Notes: generated by a model from the letters alone, not told the origin. 62,759 bases of DNA, filler included, from Globobulimina sp. (GCA_003354225.1; 50 parts of 50 records of this genome joined end to end with filler, not necessarily neighbours in it), one strand, 5' to 3'; numbered from the whole stretch's first letter, positions 35,340 to 48,150 are shown. Translations and numbers: made by a program.

Positions 35340-36371
35340 TTATATGACAAGACCCGCAATACCACCACCAATAAACATTGAAGCAACCACAATCATGGAA
35401 GCTATGGATAACATTCCCATTCCACTTAAGCCATGGCCAGATGTACAACCCCCTGCTATTCGCGCACCAAATATCAGCAAAAACCCACCAACAAAGGATT
35501 TTTCTCTCCCAACACCTTCAATACCATCAAATGATCGTGTTTGTAAATCCAAAATGTTCATTGTGCCACTTGCCTGAACAGCCATCATTGATCCAAATAT
35601 CGCAGAAAATACATACACAACTTGCCAGAATGAATTTATTTTTGCCTTAATATAAAAATAACACAAAGAGTATTTATATATCTATGCATCATTTCAACTA
35701 AATACGCTTTTTCGTTATTTTTATAAATATATATCTTATTTATTCGCCCCGTTCCTACCTTAATAGCTTTAAAAATATTCTGTCCAGAAACTGGCAACAA
35801 TCTCAACCATTGACCCGCGAGAACTAAGTACGAAGAGGCACAGCCAATGGGAGTGCCGAGCATTGCAACTGACGGAATTTGAATGAGTCCCACAATAATT
35901 CCAGCCAATATTGGCGACCATGCTTTACATTGCAACCAATTACAATCCGCCTGTACCGGCGTAGTTAATTCGGATTCCCACGGAAATAATATCTCTAAAA
36001 CATAGACAAAAGCAAACATCATCGCACTAAATAATACGGATAACACATATGAATTTCCGAGCACATCATCCATAAATGCATAAGGAATGGTTTTGCCACT
36101 CAACAATGACCGGAAGAGTGGCTCAGTTAACCCATAGACCAAAGCACCAACAACGCCTCCAACAAATGTCAGAACACTGTTTGATACGCCAGCGCCAATT
36201 TGGATGAGTACCATTCCCGGACAAGCTCCACTTACTGTCATCCCAGCGCCTAATATACAGCCACCAACCACAGATGCCATTAAATTTAATTTGGCCTTGG
36301 AAGCTCTGGCAATGCCGCACTGTTTCGATGCTATCATTTTCAAGAATCACATGGATAAAATTCGTGTTGCT
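35340..36371 (-). CDS. YeeE/YedE (TsuA-like) sulfur-compound transporter, intron 35646-35758
   Basis: GGCILGAGMTVSGACPG and GGFLLIFGARIAGGCTSGHGLSG signatures; the phase-0 GT-AG intron joins the two ORFs. Confidence 0.92.
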
Positions 36372-36472
36372 NNNNNNNNNNNNNNNNNNNNNNNNNNNNN
36401 NNNNNNNNNNNNNNNTTAATTAATTAANNNNNNNNNNNNNNNNNNNNNNNNNNNNNNNNNNNNNNNNNNNNA

Positions 36473-37628
36473 GAGAGTCAAGGCTTTTGTTGTTCGTGTT
36501 CTGCGTTTGGCAGTGACACCATTCGTGGTTTAAATGGAGCACAATGTTCAGTCTTTGGCAATGATATTGAAACTGCGCATTGTTTAAGTTTTGAAGAGTA
36601 TAATCTGTGGTATTCTGCGTATGAATTACAAGAATCGGAAATATATTTCGAAGTTTTGATTACTGTCTATCGGGAAAATGAAGCATTTGAAATGATTCAA
36701 GAAACCATAATATTATCCCCGTCCAATACCGGTGGAAGCTCTTCCGATGGAAAATTAGTGGCAAAATTAATTGGCGATTTAGCCTCTTACCGCAGTACTT
36801 TATCACTCAACGATTTGTATTTTTTTATTCCCTCCGCACCAAACAATCATGAAAGAGTCCAAAATTGGTTACAAAATTCAATGTTGATTGACAAGGATAT
36901 GGTTAGTTTGGATGGCAGGGATTGTGACAAAATTGGTGTCTCATATCATGCGTTTCGATACCAAACAGATAAATGCATCAAAGAAGTTGGTGACTGTTTA
37001 AATAATCAAATTGAAGACTTCCATGAAAATGGACAACATTTTACAACCGATGTAATATCAAATATTGTCATGTTACAAAGTCAAGAAACAAATGAAATAT
37101 ATTTGTCATTTATTCAGCAAATCATGCAAACCTCGTTAGTCACACTATCAATCTCAACGGACGACATTCAGTTTGTTGTCAATCGCGCAAACGGACATAT
37201 TGAATCTTGTGAGATTGCCAATTTCGAATCCTTTGCAACCAACGGATTATTAAACTGTCTCATAATAAATGATGGTTTCGTCGAAGCAATGTTTAGAGTG
37301 TCAATTGTAAACTGCAGCAATGGTATTGTCGCAGTACAAAATAAACAATATACAATCGAAGCGGATCAGCCATATAATTTTACATTTAATGTTTACTCTG
37401 AAAATGCGGCCTCTTCCACTCATCAATGCAATGTTTTATTATTTGATTCATTAGAAACACAAATTGACGAAACATTAATTATTTTTACATCAACACAACA
37501 AAATGAAGACAGAGGAGCCCAGGAAGGATATGGTGATAATACGGGATCATCAACAACCGGCACAGTTGCTAAATATTCATGTGAATCACACTGTGATTCG
37601 TTTTATGATATTTCAAGTTTTATAGTTT
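36473..37628 (+). CDS. HAP2: HAP2/GCS1 gamete fusogen, ectodomain fragment
   Basis: SQGFCCSC..R..TAHCLSF..WYSAY; CDKIGVSYHAFRYQ..C....GDCLNNQI; Ig-like domain III. Open across the whole contig. Confidence 0.95.
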
Positions 37629-37728
37629 NNNNNNNNNNNNNNNNNNNNNNNNNNNNNNNNNNNNNNNNNNNNTTAATTAATTAANNNNNNNNNNNNNNNN
37701 NNNNNNNNNNNNNNNNNNNNNNNNNNNN

Positions 37729-38150
37729 TGATATAATCCATTGCAATTTCCAATAGGATTTGTAAATTTTACACCATAATATATTTCATTGGCAATGGAT
37801 TTTTGTGGTCTTCCAATATATCTTACATTGCCGGTCACTTTTTTAGTGCCCTTCATTGTTAATTTAATTGATTCATTGATGCCAATTCGATATAATAGGC
37901 TGGCATTTCGTTTATGACATACACGCGTTATACGGGATCGTCGTACAAACAAACCACGGTTGATTTTACATTTAAAATAGCGTATATTTTGTATAGTACC
38001 ATTCGTTTTACCTTTCGCTTCTTTCAATTCAATGCCATAATACACGCCTTTGCGTTGCTGTATTTCCCCAACGAATTTAACCATCCCAAACAAATCTTTG
38101 GTGAGTTGTACATCGTCACCAACTGTCACTATTTCATCATTTTGTGACAT
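37729..38150 (-). CDS. CAP-Gly domain protein (two domains), fragment
   Basis: GMVKFVG..GVYYGIELKEAKGKTNGTIQNIRYFKC..GLFV. Confidence 0.93.
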
Positions 38151-38194
38151 GATCGATGGTCGAATGAGATCCGAATCTAGAAATCACAAAAAAA

Positions 38195-38620
38195 ATGTTA
38201 CTACGTTCCATGGTTGCGTACTCTTTACAATTTATTTACATAATAGCACTTATTGCAGTATGGAGTGATAGTGATAGTGATAGTGATAGTTACATATTTG
38301 TTGATGAATCTGCAACTTGGATGGAAGCAAATGTAATTTGTATGAAGAGATTCAATTCGACCCTAGGAACAATTTCCAATGCCCAACAAAATGAAGAAGC
38401 GATTTCTTTATGCAAATCTGAAACATGTTGGATTGGCCTATCAAATATATTTGGTTCTTATCAATATTTAGATCAAACTACGATGGAATATGAAAGCTTT
38501 TGTGAAGCATCGTCAACGTTAAATTGTATATCAATTAACAATGGAATAACAGAAAACTGTTGGAATCATAATAATTGCAAGGAAACACAAATACCATTTC
38601 TATGTAATACAAGAGGACAG
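38195..38620 (+). CDS. Secreted C-type lectin-domain protein (cut by a chimeric join)
   Basis: Signal peptide; [25 protein letters not shown]. Confidence 0.85.
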
Positions 38621-38730
38621 CTTGAATGCGTTCGCCAGTCCGGCGGGCCATATTTTTGTCAACAGTGGATTGATACAGGCTATGGAGAACGAGGAAGAAT
38701 TGGCGGGCGTAATTTCCCATGAAATTGCAC
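38620..38730 (+). CDS. Bacterial M48 (BepA-like) metallopeptidase fragment
   Basis: [31 protein letters not shown]. Confidence 0.8.
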
Positions 38731-38885
38731 ACCAGTGGTTTGGAAATCTTGTTACTATGAAATGGTGGAATGATTTGTGGCTCAATGAAAGTTTTGCAAC
38801 ATTCATGGCAACAAAATTTGTTGATAAATTTTATCCTGAATGGAATTTGTGGGATCAATTCATTGAAGATGCAATGAACAATGCA
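38710..38885 (+). CDS. M1 aminopeptidase fragment (prokaryotic; resembles the thaumarchaeal type)
   Basis: [29 protein letters not shown] (HExxH-x18-E). Confidence 0.85.
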
Positions 38886-39183
38886 NNNNNNNNNNNNNNN
38901 NNNNNNNNNNNNNNNNNNNNNNNNNNNNNTTAATTAATTAANNNNNNNNNNNNNNNNNNNNNNNNNNNNNNNNNNNNNNNNNNNNAAAAACAAATATATA
39001 GTTTGTTAACGTTCTTCACGTTTGCAGGTAATGTCGGTAGGATCCAAACCAAAGACTAAGATATATATTATCAAAAGTTTATAATTACCGGTTATTAATT
39101 CAACCGGTTATTAATAATAAAATATTTAAAAAAATAAAATATTAGAAAAAGAAGAAAAGAGAAATAAAAAAGCAATTTCGGAG

Positions 39184-39759
39184 TTGAAAAACGAATTAAA
39201 TTTCAGTCGATTTTTCAATAAAAACAACAACAAAAAACCATCAAACTCCCTGTTAAATATAAATCTATCGAGAATATCAGAAACAGACACCGTAAACGAT
39301 ACGATTTGGGAGGAATACAATGCTTTAAATCGTATTGTAAACAATGAATCAGATTTGGTATCAAATTCAGAAGAAGAATTACCATCACGTTCAGCATTAA
39401 TTACGATTCCGGACATTGAGATAAAAGATCTGAATTTATCTGAAATTTCAACATTATCCTTCGACCCAAATAACTCGGTGTTGGACATAAACATCAATGA
39501 TAAAATAGACAGAAATTTAATAATTGAGCATGAAAACGACATTAATTTGGACTTAAATATGGAGTTTAATATGGCCACAAATTTGGGAGACATCACAGTG
39601 TTATTAGAGGAAAACGAAGAAGTTTTAAGCGCGAAATTATCAGAGTTTAAACCCCCACGAAAGTCGTTCGAAAGCAGGTGGAGAGACTGGGAGAAAAAAG
39701 AATTATTACAATTAAAACGTGGCGAAAAATATAAACCGTTCGAATCTATGCTGGCGTAA
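39184..39759 (+). CDS. Hypothetical Asn/Glu-rich protein
   Basis: 191-codon ORF; no family recognised. Confidence 0.4.
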   Translation: MKNELNFSRFFNKNNNKKPSNSLLNINLSRISETDTVNDTIWEEYNALNRIVNNESDLVSNSEEELPSRSALITIPDIEIKDLNLSEISTLSFDPNNSVLDININDKIDRNLIIEHENDINLDLNMEFNMATNLGDITVLLEENEEVLSAKLSEFKPPRKSFESRWRDWEKKELLQLKRGEKYKPFESMLA

Positions 39760-40370
39760 AGATTAAAGATTAAAGATTTTATTTTAGATTTTATTTATCA
39801 TTGTCATCGTCGAAGTTTATATTTATTTTTATTTCTTAATTGGTTGATATTGTGTTTATTATTTGTCTTTATTTTTGTTAACAACCAATTGTATTTAATA
39901 CTTTGTGATTTGTTCACAAGTGTTTGCTTTTGTGTTTATTTTTTATTCTGTGTTGTTGTTTTGAGTGTTTGTAGTTTTTTTCAGATTGAACTTTTTTAAC
40001 TTTTCAATTAAACACTTTGACAATGGCTACTTTACGTTAGCCGAAAGCTTAGTGATTTTATATCATACAGTCTCAACTAATTCACACTATAAACTCATCT
40101 CAAGTTTTTAGATTCAATTAATTCAACTAAACTTAGGATAAANNNNNNNNNNNNNNNNNNNNNNNNNNNNNNNNNNNNNNNNNNNNTTAATTAATTAANN
40201 NNNNNNNNNNNNNNNNNNNNNNNNNNNNNNNNNNNNNNNNNNATTCACAAATAAAGAAAAGCCGTTATTCATTAAGAGTCCATCGGAGAGTTTGTCGGTA
40301 TCAATGTATGTTTTTTTTTTATTTTGTCTATTAATATTTTGATAAGAAATTTCTGTTTCAATTTATGCAG

Positions 40371-40696
40371 ATTTTTATTGCAGACACTGTTTACAAATAT
40401 TTGTCAATCAACAAACATTATTCTGCCATCAAAAAGCACTCAATCATTACCGTGACAAAACGCATAAATGTTCATTTTGTGAGAAAGGGTTTACTACAAA
40501 ATGGAAATTAAAAATGCATTCAACAATCGATAAGTCAGCCAAAAGAACACATATTAACCAATGCAGCGGAAATGCATTGAAACTATTTAAATGCAAAAAA
40601 TGTCTAAAACAATTCACAAAGAAAAATCGATTAAAAAAACATTTGGACACTCATTTAAAAAATATAAAAGTAATAAAACAACAACAAGATTGTTAA
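40371..40696 (+). CDS. C2H2 zinc-finger protein, last exon
   Basis: HKCSFCEKGFTTKWKLKMH and FKCKKCLKQFTKKNRLKKHLDTH. Confidence 0.85.
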
Positions 40697-40969
40697 TAAT
40701 TTAATTATTGCTTTTTTTTTGCATGTCAAAGTTCGACCAAGTCGTTAATTACAATATCATTTCATTTCTGTTTCATATGTTGTGATTATATGGTGTACGC
40801 CAAAAACCATTTTACCGAATGTAGTTAACTTTTTTTCTTAATTGTTGAATTATATTACAAACTTAAGTTCAAATACTTTAACGATATATTCAAGACAAAG
40901 CTATGGCAAACCGTTTCTGTAAAACTGAATGGGAGAAGTTAAAAAAAACTAAAAACAGAGTTACCGGCC

Positions 40970-41399
40970 ATGTCTCTTTCACCAGAACAACAACAAACAC
41001 TCTCAACATTTATTGCTATGACAAATGCCGACGTACCTGTCGCTAAAGCATTTCTAAAGGCAACTGCATGGGATATGAATACGGCAATGGATAGGTTTTT
41101 TGCATTTGGTGGTGATGCATCCAAGTTGGCCCCGCCTGCAAACAGTAACAGAGTTATGCCACAACCACAACCATCAAATCAAGCACAAGTACAACCATCA
41201 TTGCTCTCTACCACTGCGAATATAATGCAACAAGCGATTGGTGGTTTGTTTGGTAGTGGTCCAGTACCACTACAACCAAACAATAACAATAACAATAATA
41301 GCAATAATATTGGCAATGGCATACAAGCTCTGGATCATCTGAGCCAAACAGACCAAGATGCCTTACTCGCACAGCAATTAGCCCAACAGCAGCCGCAGC
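40970..41399 (+). CDS. UBA-like domain protein (UBX-family-type N-terminus)
   Basis: LSTFIAMTNADVPVAKAFLKATAWDMNTAMDRFF; later UIM-like DALLAQQLAQ. Confidence 0.8.
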
Positions 41400-41499
41400 N
41401 NNNNNNNNNNNNNNNNNNNNNNNNNNNNNNNNNNNNNNNNNNNTTAATTAATTAANNNNNNNNNNNNNNNNNNNNNNNNNNNNNNNNNNNNNNNNNNNN

Positions 41500-42369
41500 C
41501 GATAAATACCAAATTAGTAAAATAAAAAACAAACAAAACAGTTATTACAGTGTGACAGAACTTAAATCGTTTCATATTTTTTAATAAGCACTTCAATAAG
41601 AATATAATGATACTATTACCTCCTTCATCGCCTGTGGATATCACATAAGCCCAGAAGGCAAATATCCATATCACCACCCATACGAAATTAATGAACACCG
41701 TAATTAATGACAACCACACGGTGCCATGATAGGTTTGCGCTATTTGAGAGGCGATGGATAAACATGCACCGGCAAATGGGATACGACTCCATACACTTTT
41801 CAAATATAATGGATTATGGATACAATCATATATTGTATATTATATTATATTATATTATATTATTGATAATGTGCAAGGATAAGTATATATGGTACGGGTA
41901 CATACCACCAAGTGTATAAAGCTGTGACTAAAGCAAATATGGCACCAATTATAATTAATACGATCTGCCCCAATACTACGCCTAATATAATCACAATTAC
42001 CCAACATCCAATTTGTACAAATAATAATATTTTAATGATTGTTTCTGCGAATAATTTGATGCATTGTAACCATAACATTCCAAACAAGACACCAGCAAAT
42101 AATGCGCAAAGTAATGTTAGCCAAATGCCTGTTGTATCCATGTCATCTTCAGGCGAGTCAGTAGTCGTAGTCGTGGTGACATCTTCGAGTGCTTCCGGCA
42201 ATGCAACTGTCCAAAAATAAATGGCAATTGCAATGATTAAAATGACATGGACATAAAACAAAATAAAAGCCCATAAATCTTGATATTTTGGTGCCGAATA
42301 ATCCAACCGTTGGCCATAATCACTTTCTCCGAATTCCCCTTCGGTTCCTGTGTTCGTCTGATCTGTCAT
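41500..42369 (-). CDS. Choline transporter-like (CTL/SLC44, Pns1-type) protein, multi-exon fragment
   Basis: PKYQDLWAFILF, multiple TM helices, VWSRIPFAGACLSIA. Confidence 0.88.
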
Positions 42370-42756
42370 CACTTACAAATTTAGATTTCTGCTTAATTTA
42401 TTGAATCAGCCTTTGTGTCTCTGATTGTCTTAAGATTTTTGATTAAAACTTTTTTCAGTTTTGTTGATATTAGAGAATGTCCAACTAAGCATTTTGAAAA
42501 ACTGTTACTTTTAATGTCTACTTTAATATGTATACACTTGTGAAGTTTTGGAAATGTTCAGAACTTCGTTTTTTTTAAATTGTATCGAGATGTCATACAC
42601 AGATCTCAAACCAACGCTATAATCCAGTCCGCTTATCACCTGACAACAATGAAGCANNNNNNNNNNNNNNNNNNNNNNNNNNNNNNNNNNNNNNNNNNNN
42701 TTAATTAATTAANNNNNNNNNNNNNNNNNNNNNNNNNNNNNNNNNNNNNNNNNNNN

Positions 42757-43913
42757 GAGCATATTTAAATACACCAAATGAAATTAAAGAATCGTGTTTT
42801 CAAGAAATAATTGAATCAGTTTATAGCGGAGGTGCGGATATTTTATCACTTTTGATATCGAATGCTTCAACATCAGAATTACAAGAAATGCATCAAATAA
42901 TTAAACAAAAAAATGTTAAATATGAAGAGGCAATACAACAAAAAAAGAAGCTCAACAATAAAGCATTAGAAAAGGTACATGTCCAATCTAATAATAATAA
43001 CAATAACAATAATTCAGTTACAATTAAACCTAAAATACAATCATTATCCGAGATATCACGAGATTGTATTGCTAATATATGCGGTTATTTAACCCGTAGT
43101 GATATTACAGCATTCAAATTAACATCGTACACCAATGGTATTATTTGTTTATACGAAATGTCAAAATGTAATATTGGGCTTTTCAATGTGAACAAAGTCA
43201 TTGATGGTGAACATAAAGAATATTTTGATAGGTTAGGGCTATATTATTATGATAAAAATAAAAAATATTATAATTATCAGCGATATCCAGCAAACATAAC
43301 TGTATCATCATTACGTGAAATATTTGTACAAAAATATGCGATTCCGTTATCGCAACACTTAATATTACATTATAATTATCAAGATTCGGGAGCTGCAGTG
43401 GTTCAGTGGTTAAGTGACGCCAATCATAATAATACAGTCAAATCACTTGCAAGAAAGTTGATGATCATTTTATTTGATAAAAGAAATGTAATAACGTTTG
43501 ATGAACAAAATACAAAACCAAAATGTGTGCCTGTGACTAAGAATTGTTTTCGAACTATAATCTTCATTAAATGGTTTGATATATATTTCCAAGATATTAT
43601 TCCAATACAATTTATTATGGGGAGTCCAGAACAAATGACGCTTGCTCGAATAACAACATATATGGAGAGTGAATTTATTGCAACAACTTCGGCACAAAAA
43701 AATTGGCATTTAAAATTGATGTCATATTTTAAAAAAATGAATAATATTTCACCGCATTATCAGAAATTGATTGCGTATTCGGAATATTGTGTTGGTTCTG
43801 AATTAACAGAATTAAGTAATCCAATCCAGAGATTGGATATTTCGAAAGCATGCATTTTTCAGCTGAACCCCGAGCATCCAATGTTCGCTAAACATAAATT
43901 TACAACGATTTAT
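42757..43913 (+). CDS. Hypothetical protein with an F-box-like motif
   Basis: SLSEISRDCIANICGYLTRSDITAFKLTS in a long ORF. Confidence 0.55.
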
Positions 43914-44553
43914 NNNNNNNNNNNNNNNNNNNNNNNNNNNNNNNNNNNNNNNNNNNNTTAATTAATTAANNNNNNNNNNNNNNNNNNNNNNNNNNNNNNN
44001 NNNNNNNNNNNNNCTGGTATGGTCACAAGCATAATGTTTTCTTGCATAAATAAAATGAAGTTTATTATGGGCGCTCCAAGGAGCGTCCATCATAGGATGG
44101 TGAAACGAAAATCCTACAGCCAACTGTCATGTGTGTATGTTATTACGTCTTTACGTCTGTATGTCTTTATGTTATCGTTCTCGCTCGATCAAATTGGTTA
44201 TTGCCCAGTTTGTAAAGGTAGGCCTTTGGCCGCTCCAAGATCTGATAAGAGTTGTTGCTGCATTTTGTAAATAGAACGTTTTAATAAAATCTTTTGTTAT
44301 TGCATGCTTTCATTGTCTTACCGTTTTAACATTTTTAATAATTTGAAATACATTTGTACATTCATACATTTGTATTGTAGGTTGGGTTCTGTTTGTTTGT
44401 CTGTCCGACAATACAATGTTTGAGAAAACTGTCCATCAGATCGGGCTGATCTATGGCTCATTCAAAAGCTTATCGAAAATGATTGGGGTTAGGGCTATTC
44501 TCGTCGTTCCAAAGATTGTTAAATATTAAACAATAACTATAATTAATATTTTT

Positions 44554-44870
44554 AATTTTCGATATATTCGAAATGTGAACAAAATCGTTCAAACATGATC
44601 AATCGAAAGCTAGTAACATTCCGAGTCAAATGCGATCAAAAATTTGATTAAATTATTGTTCGATTATTGTTAAAAATTGATTAAAAATCGATAAATTTCG
44701 ATATTTTCGAAACCTTAACGATAAACGTTCAAACCTTTTCGGATCGAAACTAATAACGTTCCGAGTCAAACGCGGCAAAAATTTGATTAAACGATTTTGT
44801 GATTTTCTAAAAAATCGATCAAAAATCGATAATTTTCGGTATTTTCGAAACGTTAACAAAAATCATTTGA
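44554..44870. repeat. ~140-bp tandem repeat, about 2.3 degenerate copies
   Basis: TTCCGAGTCAAA at 44619 and 44759; ATTTTCGAAA-type motif in three copies. Confidence 0.8.
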
Positions 44871-44961
44871 ATTTGAAATGGGGGAGGTTCGTTATGGACA
44901 TCAAATGGAAAGAATTCGTTCCCGACAGAGTCAAATAAAATGGATACATAGTTTGGTTAGA

Positions 44962-45125
44962 GGGGATAAATTTAATTTCTGCACGATAAATCTGAAAATC
45001 TGCCCGATAATTTTCATAGTTTTATGCTAACAAGTCCAAACAAGCATACAGGCAGATTTTCAGCACAAATTCTCTCTTATCGGGCAGATTTTCAGTTTTA
45101 TCGGGCAGAAATTAAATGGATCCCT
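44962..45125. mobile_element. MITE-like element with ~49-bp imperfect TIRs
   Basis: GGGGATAAATTTAATTTCTGCACGATAAATCTGAAAATCTGCCCGATAA matches the reverse complement of 45077-45125 with 5 mismatches. Confidence 0.8.
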
Positions 45126-45270
45126 TTATTGGTTCTGGCATAGTCAGAACGGGTTGTCAAGTTCAATTAGNNNNNNNNNNNNNNNNNNNNNNNNNNNNNN
45201 NNNNNNNNNNNNNNTTAATTAATTAANNNNNNNNNNNNNNNNNNNNNNNNNNNNNNNNNNNNNNNNNNNN

Positions 45271-46427
45271 TGTGCAGCAGATGTATGTGAACTGTTACCA
45301 AGTTGTTGCACTGTGGAATGGGATCGTTATTGTATTGCAGCAGCAACCAGTATTGCAAAAGAACCTAAAGGATTTATTAAATGTGGTGATCGAATTGTTG
45401 GTTCAACAACAAAACCAAATGATATAAATTGGTACATTTTTGATTCATCTAAGATGGAACATGAACAAATAAAATTTGAATCACTTGTTCCTGAGCCATT
45501 GTTGCTGTTTTACGATTTGGAAAAATGGAGCATACCGGAGATGGATCCATTTTGGATTCATGATCAGTTAATTCTGGGACCTGTAACCGCAGATTATTAC
45601 GCGTTAACGATTGGATTTCGAAATGACGCTTATGGTGAATATGATATCACAGTGACATGCATTAACTCAAACATGATTTCCACAACAGAGGAAGTATGTG
45701 CTGACTGTTTAACAATTACTGATCGTCCAGGTTGCAGTGCAGATTTTCGATGTGAATTTGCAGTTTGTGGAATGGATAGTGAATGTTGTAGCTCTGGTTG
45801 GAATCCTTTGTGTGTTGCCGCAGCCACAGTGATTGCTAAACCAGAACAAGGAGACGTAACTTGTGGAGATCGTGTAACCGGTTCTTTAAACAATGCACAA
45901 GAAATGAATTACTATCATTTCGATTTAACGGATAGTTATGGATATGAAAATATTTCAGTTGAGTCAAGAAACTCAGACTTTGAAAGTTCGTTACTTGCGG
46001 TTGATCTTACTACCAACGGAATAATCGGATTGGATCTTGGTCCACAAGAAAAAATTATAGTAGATCAAGTAGCTGCAGGCAATTATTTAGTAGGTATTTC
46101 GAGTGGTAATGGTGGATATGGCGAGTATGTCATTGACATAACATGTGGTGACCCCATTTCTCCCATTTCTCCTATTTCTTCACCAGTATGTCAGAGTTGT
46201 TTAAGTGGAATGGATGCAGCATTCAATTGCAGCACAGATCCAGAGGTATTTACTTTATATTATATTTTGTAATTAATAATTAATATTCCGTATGTGTATA
46301 ATTTAAAAACAGTGCAACAAAGTGGTATGTATGCTTGACTCTGATTGTTGTGATGATGAGTGGACTCAGTATTGTGTAGCAGTTGCAACTGTCATTGGAA
46401 AGCCACCGCAACAGAACTTACAATGTG
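45271..46427 (+). CDS. Extracellular repeat protein alternating a Cys-rich module and a PPC-like beta-sandwich; intron ~46246-46312
   Basis: Three copies of C-x3-VC-x5-CC-x3-W-x3-C-x3-A, each followed by CG(DRxxGS)..YGEYxI. Confidence 0.75.
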
Positions 46428-46527
46428 NNNNNNNNNNNNNNNNNNNNNNNNNNNNNNNNNNNNNNNNNNNNTTAATTAATTAANNNNNNNNNNNNNNNNN
46501 NNNNNNNNNNNNNNNNNNNNNNNNNNN

Positions 46528-47376
46528 CATATCATTTGACGTAAAAAATGTATTTGTAGTGGACGGCGTGGTGTCAATCAATGATGTTTGCGGCGTATTC
46601 GTTGATTCAAAAAATAGTGTTGGGCTCACTGTTGGGTCTATAAAATACGATGCATTTTAACCGGATATATTATTCCGACGGATAATGCATTTTAAACGGA
46701 TATTATTTTTATAATTACTTAACTGGATGTGATCATCACTGTGGAATTGCAAAAATCGAAACATTCACAATTTCCTCCAACGCTGCAATCCATAGTTGCT
46801 TCCTGGTTGGATTTGAAATAATTTGCAACCAATAAAAAAATCTATTTTGATATATTTGTTACATACAATGCAAGCGTTTGGTATATTACATTCTAAATAA
46901 CATTCTGTTTCTAAATTGCAATGATATTCTAAATTTGTGCATGATTGTTGTCCTTGACACACAATATTTGATATTGAATCGTTTAAAAATAGCCTATTTT
47001 CTTCCTCTTCATTGATATTAATTTCCAATAAATTGCATGAATTTGTTGACTCGCAACTAATTGACGTGTCATCTGCGTTGTATATATCTACGATAAAATT
47101 GTCACATGAATTTGGCGCAATACAATTGATAATACATTGTGTGAAATTATCGCGTGATTGCGATTTATATGATGTGTGATTACATGTTACAAAAGTAGTA
47201 CCATCGCCTGTTTGTATTTCATTGAGATTAAAATCAAATATACATTCATCTGATTCACAATAACATGTTTCTTGAGTGGTTAAACGATTTAAACCGAAAT
47301 TACAATCTTCAATAATAATTGCATAATTTATACTCACTACGCTTGCTAACATCAGCCAGCGTGGTAAAGAGCACAT
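46528..47376 (-). CDS. Secreted Cys-rich surface protein, multi-exon fragment
   Basis: Signal peptide; repeated I.C....SC motifs; Thr/Pro-rich stalk. Confidence 0.7.
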
Positions 47377-47453
47377 CGCAGGAGAGAAAAATGAAAGATT
47401 TTGTTCCAGACAAAAAGAGTAAAGCAAAGTGAAATAAATATTACAAACAAAGT

Positions 47454-47684
47454 ATGCATGGTTTTCAAAGAATATCTATATTGACAACAAAGTATTGCCA
47501 ATTGAACTCATCAAAGGTGCAACAAAGACTGATGTCGTCATATCTCAATAGACGTTCGTCATTCTATGCTACCGGCGCTGTAATGGGAACAGTTACTGTG
47601 TTGGCGTACGGTGCTTCCATTTACTTCCAAGTACAGATGAAGCCAACCGAACAGAAACAGAATAAAGAAGTGGATGTCGATCAT
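47454..47684 (+). CDS. Protein N-terminus with a mitochondrial-presequence-like leader and TM helix
   Basis: Arg/Ser-rich leader without acidic residues, then AVMGTVTVLAYGASIYF. Confidence 0.45.
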
Positions 47685-47784
47685 NNNNNNNNNNNNNNNN
47701 NNNNNNNNNNNNNNNNNNNNNNNNNNNNTTAATTAATTAANNNNNNNNNNNNNNNNNNNNNNNNNNNNNNNNNNNNNNNNNNNN

Positions 47785-48150
47785 TGAACAGTGTGTTCCT
47801 CATCAAGAGTTATCAAAGCAGACAAGAATTTACGCCGGTCACCAATAATACAGATCTGATTGATATATTTTGAAGTGGCGATAATCCCTTCGATTCTTGA
47901 TGGAGCGATATTTTTTCCACCGGCTGTGATGATAAGGTCCTTTTTCCGTCCGGTAACTTTCAGGAATCCTTCTGAATCAATTTCACCGAGATCTCCGGTA
48001 AGAAGCCATCCGTCAACAATAGTTTCAGCGGTTTTTTCAGGCATTTTATAATATCCCTGCATGATGTTCGGTCCCCTGAAACATATTTCGCCATCTTCAG
48101 CAATTTTTTGCTCAACTCCTTTCACAGGGAGACCAACCCATCCAAATCGA
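47785..48150 (-). CDS. Bacterial long-chain acyl-CoA synthetase fragment (chimeric with tubulin)
   Basis: [45 protein letters not shown]. Confidence 0.9.
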
